DNA from: Bacteroidota bacterium
GTDB lineage: Bacteria; Bacteroidota; Bacteroidia; 2-12-FULL-35-15
Direction: 5' to 3'
NCBI GenBank assembly: GCA_037131555.1
Contig: JBAXQU010000005.1
Span: 2,423 to 66,422 of the forward strand
DNA length: 64,000 bases
Shown here: positions 27,538 to 38,600 of the stretch, piece by piece
Layout: each line of letters begins with the position of its first letter
How positions within the stretch are numbered: position 1 is the stretch's first letter
Program-made: the position numbers and the translations under genes
Notes under the pieces: generated by a model
Databases searched by the model: none
Told to the model about the DNA's origin: nothing
Seen by the model: only the letters and a program-made list of their open reading frames with translations

Positions 27538-29235
27538 TTAATATTTCAATTCGTACAAAAAGGCAGGCTCCTCATCGCCTTGCGTTTTTATCAGTTTTAG
27601 TTTCTCCGGATATTTTTGTCCTATTGGCGACAACATTCTTTGAATGGTATTGATAATTCGCCCATTGTTTTTCTTCGGATTTTGACGCAAAGCTGGCATC
27701 AACACATATTGAACGTTTTCTTTTTTCCACTCCATCAACACGGTGTCGGCATTTTCGGAAGTAACAATGTATTGACCTACAAATTTTTTACCATTACCAT
27801 ATATAAAACTCATGTTAGGTTTTCGCGATACCACTTGAGCATCTTTTGGCAAACTATCAGCACAATATTTACTGAGTTTTAGAAAGTTTTCCCAATCGGG
27901 TGTATAACCATAATACATATCACCACCAAGATTTTTCTTTAATGCTACAAAGTTTTGTTTGGCATTAATACTCGATTTGCCAATACATACAACAAGCATC
28001 ACGGCTGAAAAAGCAAGAAAGATAAATTGTAAAGAATTGTTTCGTTTTGCAAAATCATATATGCCATAAAACAAAACAAGAAACAGAAAAGGCATAGCAA
28101 TAATGATTAATCGCGATTGCATGTTGTTGGCTTGTACACCAAAGAAGATACCACCTACAAGGCAGATGACATAAATACTCGAAAAGAAAATAAACTTATT
28201 TCTTTTGTAACTAAAGAAAGTGGTAATGCCCAAAACCAAAGTAGATAAGAACGAAAGAGCAGGCAAAGTTTTGATGGTGTCGCTGTCGAGCACCTCTAAG
28301 CTTGACAACATGCGCAAATTGAGAATGCGATACACATGCCACGATACGTAAGTGTTGAAATTGTTGAAGAAACGGTCAATCATGCCACCGAAATCTTCGT
28401 GTCCGCCTTCGGGTTTGTACAAATCCTTGCGAAGCATCAACTCCAACTGATTCGATTCGTTGGCACCGTATATGGCTGTGGTGATAAGTTGATAGATAAT
28501 GCGGAAAAGCAAATAGGCCGCCAATACATAGAGTATCTCTTTGTAGTTTTTGTTGAGGAGAAAATAAAAAACAACACCCGCAAGCGTAACAAAAGCAATA
28601 CTTTTAGAGATAGTAAGTATTAAAAACATCAAACCAAACAACAACCAGTTCTTATAGTTCTGCTTAAAGCCCTCCACCAATTTCGATTGCTTGTTGATGT
28701 TATCAATAATGTTGAAAGTGATGTAGAGACAAACCGATTGAACCAATAAGAAAAACGTTTCGGTGTAGGTTTGGCTTGCATAGTATTGAATAAAATTGTT
28801 GAACGATATGAAAGCAATCAAAGCAAACAGCACAATGTACGGAACGCGTTTGCGAAAGGTTAAATACGTAATCCAAACAAAGCCGAACTGCGACAACACC
28901 GACAAAAACTTAAGCGCAACCACATTGAGGCCAAACATTCGCATGAAAACCGAAAGCATAACCGGATAACCGGGTCCTTGGAAGTACGGAAACTTACCCT
29001 CATGAATCAATGACCATGCCCGTTCAATATAACTCGAATCGTCACCACCCAAAGAAACTTTCGAATCGAATAACAACAGTGTGAACAGCGTTGAAAGGAA
29101 TAATAAAACGTAGAAAACCTTTTTGTCGCGCTCTTCAAGCCAAGCATTCAGTTTATCAAACGTTCCTTGTTTGCTAACTGATGAAGTTTTTTTAGCAGTT
29201 GGTTGTGTTTTTTTTGCAGGATTATTTTTTGCCAT
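27538..29235 (-). CDS. Polytopic membrane protein, GT-C-fold (ArnT/PMT-like) glycosyltransferase candidate
   Basis: 565 aa. Lys/Thr-rich cytoplasmic N-terminus and about 11 or more TM segments. An acidic motif GGDDSSY follows the first TM helix, and there is a soluble C-terminal domain. Confidence 0.4.
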   Translation of the reverse strand: MAKNNPAKKTQPTAKKTSSVSKQGTFDKLNAWLEERDKKVFYVLLFLSTLFTLLLFDSKVSLGGDDSSYIERAWSLIHEGKFPYFQGPGYPVMLSVFMRMFGLNVVALKFLSVLSQFGFVWITYLTFRKRVPYIVLFALIAFISFNNFIQYYASQTYTETFFLLVQSVCLYITFNIIDNINKQSKLVEGFKQNYKNWLLFGLMFLILTISKSIAFVTLAGVVFYFLLNKNYKEILYVLAAYLLFRIIYQLITTAIYGANESNQLELMLRKDLYKPEGGHEDFGGMIDRFFNNFNTYVSWHVYRILNLRMLSSLEVLDSDTIKTLPALSFLSTLVLGITTFFSYKRNKFIFFSSIYVICLVGGIFFGVQANNMQSRLIIIAMPFLFLVLFYGIYDFAKRNNSLQFIFLAFSAVMLVVCIGKSSINAKQNFVALKKNLGGDMYYGYTPDWENFLKLSKYCADSLPKDAQVVSRKPNMSFIYGNGKKFVGQYIVTSENADTVLMEWKKENVQYVLMPALRQNPKKNNGRIINTIQRMLSPIGQKYPEKLKLIKTQGDEEPAFLYELKY

Positions 29236-29348
29236 AACTCATATTAGTTGAGGGTTTAAAATTATAGAAAAAATCAGACGACAATAAATTTTCTTTTGTA
29301 ATCTCGATTTTCAATCAAAATTAAAAGGTCAACGTATTATGCTATCAT

Positions 29349-30209
29349 CTATTCTTCTTTCGATTTCCGCTTCATTTCATACATCGAAACAAAGATACTT
29401 GCCTCGTAAAGGAAGTACAACGGAAATGCAACAAGAAGTTGCGAAGTGATATCGGGTGAAGGAGTAATCACACCAGCCACTATTAGGATGACAACAATAG
29501 CATGTTTGCGGTATTTGCGCATGAACTGCGGTGTCATGATACCAAATTTGGTAAGGAAGAACACTATAATAGGAAGCTCGAAAACTATACCCGTTGCTAG
29601 CGATAGGGTGGTAACCGTATCGATGTATGAATCCATCGTAAAGTTGTTCTCCACCATTTCCGACACTTTGTAATTGCCCAAAAAGTTAACCATTAATGGT
29701 ACTATAATATAATAGGAGAATAAAACACCAATCAAAAATAACACAGTGGCAAAGAAGATGAAAGAAGTAGAAGCTTTGCGCTCTTTCTCTTTCAAAGCAG
29801 GTTTAATAAAACGCCAAACCTCCCATAACACATAAGGTAAACCAAGAATCAAACCCGAAATAATTGCAATCCACATCTGCGAAGTGAATTGATCGGACAA
29901 TCCAATGCTTTGCAATTTGAAAGTATAATGACCGAAACACAATTGGTCGCCATCCTTAAACAAATTGTTGCTTTGCAACCAATGACCAAGTTTACAGAAT
30001 GCACGATAGGTAAGAAAGTCGCTTCTTAGCGGCCCAAAGATAATCTTATCAAATAAAATCTCCGGGTAAAAGAAAACAACAACAGCCAAAGTGAGCACAA
30101 CAAGTACCGAACGAAATAAATGTCCACGAAGAGCATCAATATGCCCCCAGAAAGACATTTCGCCTGAGTCGTTTGTTTTTTTTGTGTTTAAAAGTCCGAA
30201 TAGTGCCAT
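29349..30209 (-). CDS. tatC: Twin-arginine translocase subunit TatC
   Basis: 286 aa. MSFWGHIDALRGHLFRSV..., six TM helices and a ..PSPD..SQ.. motif. The true start may be the internal Met18. Confidence 0.9.
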   Translation of the reverse strand: MALFGLLNTKKTNDSGEMSFWGHIDALRGHLFRSVLVVLTLAVVVFFYPEILFDKIIFGPLRSDFLTYRAFCKLGHWLQSNNLFKDGDQLCFGHYTFKLQSIGLSDQFTSQMWIAIISGLILGLPYVLWEVWRFIKPALKEKERKASTSFIFFATVLFLIGVLFSYYIIVPLMVNFLGNYKVSEMVENNFTMDSYIDTVTTLSLATGIVFELPIIVFFLTKFGIMTPQFMRKYRKHAIVVILIVAGVITPSPDITSQLLVAFPLYFLYEASIFVSMYEMKRKSKEE

Positions 30210-30220
30210 TTAAGAGGGCG

Positions 30221-30228
30221 CAAAGTTA
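30221..30228 (-). promoter_or_regulatory. Candidate -7 box (TAACTTTG on minus strand) upstream of tatC
   Basis: Plus strand caaagtta. Eleven nt separate the box from the ATG at 30209, which implies a very short leader or use of the internal Met18 start. Confidence 0.35.
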
Positions 30229-30473
30229 ATAGAATTTAGTAAGTATGGTCAATATTATTAGCAAACGAATCATCCATTTGGTTCAACGTATTTCGGTATC
30301 CAATCTTTACCTCAATGGATTGATGAATAATCAGAAAGTGTTGTAAAAGTTGTTTTCAAAAATAAATCATACCGTTTAAAATTCAACAGATGTAAAAATA
30401 TTATTTGTATGTTTACATTGATAATTATTACAACAAGTTTAGCAAAGCATATTTTTCGAAATACAAAATCTAT

Positions 30474-31157
30474 ATGATTATTATAACAGGCATAACCGGA
30501 GGGATTGGAAACTATTTATTCAACACGTTTTCGAAAAATGGTGAAGAAGTAATAGGAACTTATCATTTAGAAAAACCAAAAGGAAGTCAATACAAAGAAT
30601 GTTATCAACTCGATATTACAAAACCAGAACAAGTAGAAAAGTTTGTAAATAAAATTTCATCAAAACTAACTAATATCACCTTAATTAATTGTGCAGGCAT
30701 TTCGTATAATTCATTTGCTCATAAATCTGATTTAAAGAAATGGTTAGATGTTATAAATGTCAATTTGAATGGAACTTTTTTTCTGATTCATGCTTTGCTT
30801 CCGGTGATGCGCGAACAAAAATTTGGAAGAATTATTAATCTTTCATCAGTAGTTGGTCAAACAGGTGTTGTAGGAACATCAGCGTATGCGGCATCAAAAG
30901 CAGGTTTGAACGGAATGATTAAAAGTATAGCCCTCGAAAATGCACAAAAAGCAATAACTGTTAACAATATTAATTTAGGATATTTTAAAGTAGGAATGAT
31001 AAATACCATACCTAAAGAAATTCAGAAAGGTATTAAAGCGAAAATTGCATTGAATGATTTCGGTGATCCTGAAAATATTTTTAATACCATTCAATACATA
31101 CGAAACACTGCATATCTTACAGGTTCTTGTATTGATTTAAATGGAGGAATAGTTTAA
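30474..31157 (+). CDS. Short-chain dehydrogenase/reductase (FabG-like)
   Basis: The track ORF starts at a TTG at 30405. I prefer the ATG at 30474 (MIIITGITGGIGNYL, the TGxxxGxG motif). Catalytic YAASK is present and NCAG is conserved. Confidence 0.8.
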   Translation: MIIITGITGGIGNYLFNTFSKNGEEVIGTYHLEKPKGSQYKECYQLDITKPEQVEKFVNKISSKLTNITLINCAGISYNSFAHKSDLKKWLDVINVNLNGTFFLIHALLPVMREQKFGRIINLSSVVGQTGVVGTSAYAASKAGLNGMIKSIALENAQKAITVNNINLGYFKVGMINTIPKEIQKGIKAKIALNDFGDPENIFNTIQYIRNTAYLTGSCIDLNGGIV

Positions 31158-31164
31158 TTCTGTT

Positions 31165-31503
31165 TTATTTCTTTTCCATTTTTTCTTTCAACATAGCTAT
31201 CTCTTGCGCTAGCTGTTTGTTCTGCGCATGAAGCTTAGAAACTACCACCGATAGGTGAAGTAAATAAATCAATATGGAAAATATTGCGCCTGTAAATACA
31301 AGGTTTGGCGCTTCGAACACACCCAAAAGATGTGCAATCACTTCCAGTCCGTTTCTCCAGAAAGAGAAAAGAATTAAAATAAATGTACTTGCAATCCACA
31401 CGAATGAATATTCTTCACTTAATTTTCCTTTCACTATCAATCGAGCGATATAAAACAAAAATAGAAGACTTGCAGCAATAGCAATAATTTGAATTCGTAC
31501 CAT
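31165..31503 (-). CDS. DUF2304-family small membrane protein
   Basis: 112 aa with 3-4 TM helices. LIVKGKLSEEYSFVWI motif and a C-terminal coiled-coil tail. This family is normally encoded right after a GT2 glycosyltransferase. Confidence 0.6.
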   Translation of the reverse strand: MVRIQIIAIAASLLFLFYIARLIVKGKLSEEYSFVWIASTFILILFSFWRNGLEVIAHLLGVFEAPNLVFTGAIFSILIYLLHLSVVVSKLHAQNKQLAQEIAMLKEKMEKK

Positions 31504-31518
31504 ACTTTATTATTTTGA

Positions 31519-31617
31519 TTAAAATAAAGTTGTTGTAGAATCAATTGAACAATCATTCACAACGATCGCAATAGAACGCTCTTCATCGAAAGCAGGAACA
31601 ATAATGGCAAATTTCAT
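31519..31617 (-). pseudogene. Remnant of a family-2 glycosyltransferase gene (only 32 codons left)
   Basis: My reverse translation gives MKFAIIVPAFDEERSIAIVVNDCSIDSTTTLF*. MK.AI.VPA..EE.SI and (I)VVNDCS.D.T are the first two conserved blocks of GT2 (DPM1-like) enzymes. Here they are fused and followed by a stop 15 nt before the DUF2304 gene. Confidence 0.6.
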
Positions 31618-31790
31618 CTATATACTAAATTATTTTGAATATATTTAAATTATCATCAAAACATTTATCGATTGTTTTATTCACTTTGTGGGATTATAAG
31701 TTGTGAGTGTAAAAAGTTAGCTTATACATTAAAATAAAATTATATATTTACATTGCAAAATTATATAAAAACAGTTTAAAAAAATAAAAA

Positions 31791-33998
31791 ATGGTAGTGG
31801 CAGATAAAACAACACTTCAACAGTACTTACAAAAATTTTTTGGATTCGATACATTCAAAGGTCAACAAGAAGAAATTATTACAAGTTTATTAGCAAAAAA
31901 AGACACCTTCGTTATCATGCCAACTGGTGGTGGTAAATCATTATGTTATCAATTACCTGCTTTAGTAAGCGAAGGCACAGCAATAATTATCTCTCCTCTT
32001 ATCGCGTTGATGAAAAATCAAGTAGATGCATTACGAAATTTTGGAAATGAAGATGGAATCGCACACTTTCTAAATTCATCATTAACCAAACCTGAAATAG
32101 CTAAAGTAAAAAAGGATATCACTGATGGTAAAACGAAATTATTATATGTGGCTCCAGAAAGTTTAACCAAACAAGAAAATGTTGTTTTCTTTAATGAAAT
32201 AAAAATTTCTTTTTTTGCAATTGATGAAGCACATTGTATATCAGAATGGGGTCATGATTTTAGACCAGAGTATAGAAGAATAAGAACAATTATCGAAGAG
32301 ATAGGAACAGTTCCAATCATTGCACTTACTGCTACTGCAACACCTAAAGTACAACAAGACATTCAGAAAAATCTTGGAATGACTGATTCGAATGTTTACA
32401 AATCATCATTCAATAGAGGAAATCTTTATTATGAAGTTCGTCCGAAACAAAATGTAATTAAAGAAATTATTAAGTATGTAAAAACACAACATGGAAAATC
32501 TGGTATTATTTATTGTTTGAGTAGAAAGAAAGTAGAAGAACTTGCAGAAACACTTCGTGTAAATGGTGTTAAAGCTCAGGCTTACCATGCAGGATTAGAA
32601 GCAAAGGAACGTGCACATACTCAAGATGCATTCTTGATGGAAGACATAGATGTAATTGTTGCAACCATTGCATTTGGAATGGGAATAGATAAACCAGATG
32701 TTCGATTTGTTATTCACCATGATATACCTAAATCACTAGAAGGTTATTACCAAGAAACAGGTAGAGGAGGTAGAGATGGTGGTGAAGGGAATTGCATCAC
32801 TTTTTATAGTCATGATGATATTGTAAAGCTAGAGAAGTTCATGAAAGGAAAACCTGTTGCTGAACAAGAAATAGGAAAACAATTATTACATGAAACAGTG
32901 TCTTATGCCGAAACATCAAGTTGCCGAAGGAAGTTTTTGTTGCATTATTTCGGAGAAGAATTTGATGAAGCAGGATGTGGAAGAATGTGTGATAATTGTC
33001 GCAATCCAAAACAGAAGTTCGAAGCGATGGAAGATGTTGAACTAGTACTTGAAGCTGTTGAAGACATAAAGGAAAAGTTCAAAACCAAAGATGTTATCAA
33101 TATACTATTGGGAATTGTAACAGCCACTGTAAAGTCATATAAGCATAATGATTTGGAATGCTTCGGAAAAGGAACTGAAGATGATAAGAATGAAAAATAT
33201 TGGAATGCTGTCATCCGTCAAGCTTTAGTTTCAGGACTTTTATCAAAAGATATTGAAAACTATGGACTACTGAAGCTAACCAAAGAAGGTAAATCATTCA
33301 TGAATAAACCATATTCTATTATGGTTACAAAAGACCATGATTATGAAGGAACAGAAACTGATGATGATGAAGGTTCGGGAGGAGGAAATAAGGGTGGATC
33401 AGGAGCTGATGCAATACTTTTTAGTGCATTAAAAGATTTGCTAAAACAAACAGCACATAAATTAAAATTACCACCATATGTTATTTTCCAAGAATTATCT
33501 TTGGAAGAAATGGCAATTCAATATCCAATCAAAATGGATGAGTTGGTTAACATCACTGGTGTTGGTCAGGGAAAAGCACAGAAGTTTGGAAAACCTTTTC
33601 TTGATTTAATTGCAAAATATGTTGAAGAAAATGAAATAGACAGACCATTGGATATGGTTGTAAAATCTATTGTCAATAAATCAGGTCTAAAAGTTTATAT
33701 CATTCAAAGTATCGACAGGAAATTACCATTAGATGATATTGCAAGTGCTAAAGGAATTGGTTTATCCGATTTGATTTCTGAAATCGAAAGTATTGTTTCG
33801 TCAGGAACAAAAGTAAATATTGGATACTACATCAATGAAATACTTGATGAAGATAAACAACAAGAAGCAATGTTGTATTTCAAAGAGTCGGATTCTGATT
33901 CTATTCAAGAAGCATTAAAAGAATTGGGAGAAGAAGAGTACTCAGAAGATGAAATCAGATTGTTACGTATAAAATTCATGAGTGAATTTGGGAATTAG
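31791..33998 (+). CDS. recQ: ATP-dependent DNA helicase RecQ
   Basis: 735 aa. FGFDTFKGQQEEII, MPTGGGKSLCYQLPA, DEAHCISEWGHDFRPEY, a Zn-finger CRR..LL.YFGE and a C-terminal HRDC region. Confidence 0.95.
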   Translation: MVVADKTTLQQYLQKFFGFDTFKGQQEEIITSLLAKKDTFVIMPTGGGKSLCYQLPALVSEGTAIIISPLIALMKNQVDALRNFGNEDGIAHFLNSSLTKPEIAKVKKDITDGKTKLLYVAPESLTKQENVVFFNEIKISFFAIDEAHCISEWGHDFRPEYRRIRTIIEEIGTVPIIALTATATPKVQQDIQKNLGMTDSNVYKSSFNRGNLYYEVRPKQNVIKEIIKYVKTQHGKSGIIYCLSRKKVEELAETLRVNGVKAQAYHAGLEAKERAHTQDAFLMEDIDVIVATIAFGMGIDKPDVRFVIHHDIPKSLEGYYQETGRGGRDGGEGNCITFYSHDDIVKLEKFMKGKPVAEQEIGKQLLHETVSYAETSSCRRKFLLHYFGEEFDEAGCGRMCDNCRNPKQKFEAMEDVELVLEAVEDIKEKFKTKDVINILLGIVTATVKSYKHNDLECFGKGTEDDKNEKYWNAVIRQALVSGLLSKDIENYGLLKLTKEGKSFMNKPYSIMVTKDHDYEGTETDDDEGSGGGNKGGSGADAILFSALKDLLKQTAHKLKLPPYVIFQELSLEEMAIQYPIKMDELVNITGVGQGKAQKFGKPFLDLIAKYVEENEIDRPLDMVVKSIVNKSGLKVYIIQSIDRKLPLDDIASAKGIGLSDLISEIESIVSSGTKVNIGYYINEILDEDKQQEAMLYFKESDSDSIQEALKELGEEEYSEDEIRLLRIKFMSEFGN

Positions 33999-34016
33999 TA
34001 AACATCACTTATAATA

Positions 34017-34049
34017 AAAAAGGCTACTCCATCAGAGTAGCCTTTTTTT
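34017..34049. terminator. Bidirectional rho-independent terminator between recQ and the M20 hydrolase gene
   Basis: aaaaaggctactc (34017-34029), loop catca, then gagtagccttttt (34035-34047). This is a perfect 13-bp stem flanked by A and T tracts. Confidence 0.85.
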
Positions 34050-34063
34050 ATTGACATTTTATT

Positions 34064-35254
34064 CTAAACACTTAATTCGTTAATAGCCAACCAGGCCATT
34101 AAACCGGAACCTGTTTCAAGTGCACGTTCATCTATTTCAAAAGTAGAAGTGTGTAATCCACTTGTAATTCCTTTTTCTTTATTTCCAGTGCCAAGACGAT
34201 AAAAGCATGCAGGAACTTGTTGTGAATAAAATGCAAAATCCTCTGCTGTCATTCGCATAGGTAGTTCTTCTACATTTTCTTTCCCTAGGTAATCTTCAGC
34301 TGCAGTTCTTGCTGTCATTGTTTTGTGTTCATCGTTAACCAAGAATGGATATCCAAATACGATTCGAAAATCTGCAATTCCAGAATATTTCGAAACGACT
34401 CTAGTTGCGATGTTTTTCATTTTAGTGTGTGCTTCTAGTCTCCATGTTTCATCCATTGTTCTGAATGTTCCTTCAAGTTTTACTTCATCAGGTATTACAT
34501 TCGTTGCTCCATTACCAATTATTTTTCCAAATGCTAAAACGGTAGGAGCTTTTTGTTCTTTCAACATAAATTCCTTATTCAACTCCATTATTATATCAGA
34601 AGCTATTATTAGTGGGTTGATATAATCCTTAGGTAATGCAGCGTGACCACCTTTACCCTTCACGGTTAAATAAAGTTCATCTGTACTTGCCATATACATT
34701 CCACTTTTGAAACCAACTTTACCAGCTTCCATTATTGGATAAACATGTTGCCCAAGAATGGCTTGTGGTCTAGGATTTTCAAGAACACCTTCTTTTATCA
34801 TTAAGGATGCACCTCCAGGTAGTTTTTCTTCTCCAGGTTGAAAAATCAGCTTAATTGTTCCTTCAAATTCGTTTTTTAATTCATAAAGAATCCTAGCCGA
34901 TGTCAATAATGACGCACTATGAGCATCATGACCACAAGCATGCATTACACCAACATTTTTTGAGGAATATTCACATGTGTTCGATTCGGTGATGGGAAGA
35001 GCATCAATGTCAGCTCTTAAAGCAATCGTCTTTTTTGTTGGATTTCTTCCTTCAATCAAACCTACGATACCTGTTTTTACCATTCCTTGTTCGAAAGGTA
35101 TGGAATACTTTTTTAGTTGTGAAGCAATGAAATCGGAGGTTGAATATTCTTGAAAGGATAATTCAGGATTAGCGTGTAAGTGTCTCCTGATTTCAATGGT
35201 TTCGGCCAAATATTGTTTAGCCAAAGATTGGATTTGTCGTTTCAATTCTAACAT
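34064..35254 (-). CDS. M20D-family amidohydrolase (N-acyl-L-amino acid amidohydrolase-like)
   Basis: 396 aa. IEIRRHLHANPELSFQEYSTS, MHACGHDAH and GGHAA motifs. Confidence 0.85.
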   Translation of the reverse strand: MLELKRQIQSLAKQYLAETIEIRRHLHANPELSFQEYSTSDFIASQLKKYSIPFEQGMVKTGIVGLIEGRNPTKKTIALRADIDALPITESNTCEYSSKNVGVMHACGHDAHSASLLTSARILYELKNEFEGTIKLIFQPGEEKLPGGASLMIKEGVLENPRPQAILGQHVYPIMEAGKVGFKSGMYMASTDELYLTVKGKGGHAALPKDYINPLIIASDIIMELNKEFMLKEQKAPTVLAFGKIIGNGATNVIPDEVKLEGTFRTMDETWRLEAHTKMKNIATRVVSKYSGIADFRIVFGYPFLVNDEHKTMTARTAAEDYLGKENVEELPMRMTAEDFAFYSQQVPACFYRLGTGNKEKGITSGLHTSTFEIDERALETGSGLMAWLAINELSV

Positions 35255-35256
35255 TT

Positions 35257-35637
35257 CTATTTCCCCAAAACCATTTTAAGAGCAATCAGAAATAAAAATC
35301 CTCCAAATATTTTCTTTACCATATTTTGATCAAGAGAAATCGCAACCTTAGAGCCGAAGTAACCTCCAATAAGAAAAGAAGAAGCAATTATCAATGTCAT
35401 CTTAATATCCACAAATCCTCCCTTGTAGTAATTATATACAGCAAAAATTCCAACTGGTAAAAGTAGAACTGATAACGATGTCCCTTGTGCTTCATGTTGA
35501 CTAATATTCATAAAATATACCAATGCAGGAACGATGATTATCCCTCCTCCTATACCAACCATTCCACTAAGAAGCCCTGCCATCAGTCCGATAGCAAGTA
35601 ATATAAGTACTGTATTCATGTTATATGTAGGTTTCAA
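35257..35637 (-). CDS. TauE/SafE (DUF81) family membrane transporter, half-size form
   Basis: 126 aa with 4 TM helices. GMVGIGGGIIIVPAL motif. Confidence 0.55.
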   Translation of the reverse strand: MKPTYNMNTVLILLAIGLMAGLLSGMVGIGGGIIIVPALVYFMNISQHEAQGTSLSVLLLPVGIFAVYNYYKGGFVDIKMTLIIASSFLIGGYFGSKVAISLDQNMVKKIFGGFLFLIALKMVLGK

Positions 35638-35646
35638 ATTTGTAAA

Positions 35647-38600
35647 TTAAAAATCAAGACACAATGATAAATATGTGAGAGGTTTTAGAATTATTCCATC
35701 CTGAACACCCCAAGCTCTATCCACTCTAATAAAATAACCAAACAAACGACTACGAACACCCAAACCATATCCTCCGATAATTGGATTGTGTTGTGTATTG
35801 AGTGTGATTTCAAGTTGTGTCTCCGAATTCCCAATCACGGTTTGATTTAAAGAATTAGAATCTGAGAATGGCGAATTCCCTGTCCATGCGGTTCCAATAT
35901 CACCAAAACCTACGATTTGAAAATTCTCTACGAAGTCAGAACGAATTGGTCGTTTGTATAAATATTTAAATATTGGGAATCGCAACTCCGTGTTATCAAC
36001 AACAAAACTATTTCCGTTTCTAGCGTTTTGATAGAATCCCCTCATATTAGTTGCTAATGTTTGATAAGCGTAATTTTGGTCAGTAGCTATGTTGGTGCTA
36101 TTATCGAAGCGAGCACCAAACCAATTATCAACTCCTCCCATGTAATAGATTAACTTTTGGTTTACAAAAGAAGTACTTCCTGCAAGTCTGTTTGCCCAGA
36201 TAAAGCAACGGCTAATTTTTTTGTAATATCTGTAATCAAAGCCCAGTACGAAGAAGTCTGTTAGCTCTTTGTCAATCTGACGATAATATTCGCCAAAGAA
36301 TTTTGCTCTTGTGCCGTTGTATAGATTCAATCCTTTTTTAATTGTATTGTCATAAACATATTCCATCTTGACCGTTCCCCAGTTTTCATAGGTGTTAGGT
36401 GCTTTTAGATTCGCATCATTTGTAGAAAGGTAAATGGTAGCATCATTTCGATAACAGACAGAACCCCTTAAGCTAGTTACTTCGTTGAACGGAAATTTTA
36501 AAACATATCTCACATCATTTGAATGGACTTTCATCAATGAATTATCGGAAGAATTGATAAAGCTATTTCTATGAACAATTAATTGTCTATCCAATTTATG
36601 CAATCGGTTTTCATAACTCAAAAAGTACTCATTATTATTGATGTCTCCCGAAAACCGCATGGCGCCAACGATTCTATAATCTTCGAACAAATCACTCATC
36701 CCAATTTTTAAAAATGCATTTAAACCTGGATTAAGGTAGATTGGACTTCCTCCTCCAGTAAATTTCTGATAAGATGCGTTCAAGAACGAATTGTCTAATT
36801 GCGAAATAACATAGTCTACTGAATAATTGATATTGTAGTTTTTCTGTTTACCAAGTTTAAATTCACCATCGGGTTTGATGCCTGTGGTATCAATATTAGC
36901 GGCTACTTTACTAATAACCTCCGTGTTTTTTTCTTTCTTGTTTTTTTCGTTTTCAAAAACATAATTATTAATATCAATCTCTGTTGAGTCGAGTGCTTTT
37001 TTCTGATTTATCTCAACTTTCAAATTCTCAAGAGTGGGTGCATCAATCATTGATTTTAGTTTCGCTTCGGCATCATTTTTCTCTTTATTGTCAAGCCTAT
37101 TCTTGTAATCTCGGTAGGATGTATTCTTTAATTCAATAGGAACAATGGTCTTGATATCGGCTATTGGAGACACATACATCTTGTACTTTCCATTTTCGAA
37201 AAACACTTCAGTAAGTTTATTCGCATTGGTATTAACATCTTGTTCTACAATATTTCTTGAGTAATTTGTAATCGGATATGTGGTGACTACGGTACGATAA
37301 TGTGCCGCTGTATCAACATAGGCAATGGTGCTATCGAATTGCGCTACATATCTATTCCGTATTCCATTTAAATCGCTAAGATAGGAGATATGAGTACTGT
37401 CGTAATCGGCAGGGTAAGTTTCATCAATGGTTGGAGTGTTGGTAATGCGTAATAAGGTTCGCGACTTGGTTACATTATTAAACATGAACAAATCTTTATG
37501 TTGTTGAGCATCTGGCAAAATTTTCTTAGTGTCAAACGAAAGTGTATCGTGAGGGCGATTAGAAGCAAAAACAATTCCTCGTGAATTGTGCACGAATCTC
37601 GGATTCAAGTCATCATAGATATCCTTAGTGATTTGGTCGTACCCATTAGAGCCTGCAGTAAAAATAAAAATATCTGTTTGCCCCTTTTGCACAGCCGACA
37701 TTACAAACTTCTTTCCATCGCTATTATAAGAATAGTCGAGGATTTTTTCGAAGTCGAAGATGTTGCGCTCTGTCTTCTCTTTTGTTTCTAATTCATAGTT
37801 GGTTAATACCAAACGATTCTTCTTTTCAACGATGTATGAAAATACTTTTCCACTTGGATGCCACGCTACTAAAGGGAACGAATAATCATTAATCCGATCA
37901 ATCTTCTTTCCTGCTTTTACAATTCGTTTCGATTTGTTATTCTCCACATCGTACAGCCAAATCTTGTATTGTCCCATTTCATTAGTGGTATAGATCACAT
38001 ACTTCCCATCAGGGCTTACCTTTAAATGACTGTAGACACGGTTTGGATTTATCTTTTTTAAGATTGGTGCTTGGGTAGGCAAGGTCTTTGTATTGTCCTT
38101 ATCCGAATATTTATTGATATACGATTCGTAACATTCTTTCCATAAATTTTTTGATGAAATGCCTAAAACAAACATGAATGAATTATCAATATTCCTACTC
38201 ACCTTAGTCATGTATAGAATATTTGATATCACCGACTCACCATAATTATCGGCTATGTGCTTCCACAATGCATGTCCTGCATAGACTGCATCTTCACCTT
38301 CAAGACGATTTAAATTTTTAAACCTTCCTGTTAAAATTCCATCTTTTACCTTATTATCAATATCCGTATTCCAATCGTTAGCAACATAGGTACTTAACCC
38401 TTTGGTATACCAAGCAGGCAGATTGAGCAAAGTGCTATTCTTAAACATCTCCCTTACGTTGCCTCCAAACATCATCTGGTTCATCAGCACCGTTGCCACT
38501 CCTTCACGAATTTGTGCATCCAACAAAGCATGGTCACCTTCGTAGTACAAGCAAATTTTGGAACCCGCTATCCTTGTTACCCCTCCTGTGTTGTATTCCT

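Noticed and set aside
30405-30473. N-terminal extensions given by the track for several ORFs: 30405, 39027, 52071, 55473 and 56823
   Set aside because: The extensions start at TTG or precede a better ATG. That ATG immediately gives the conserved N-terminal motif or a clean signal peptide. For 52071 the extension would also overlap the upstream gene. I therefore moved the starts to 30474, 39054, 52005, 55503 and 56745, but these remain predictions.
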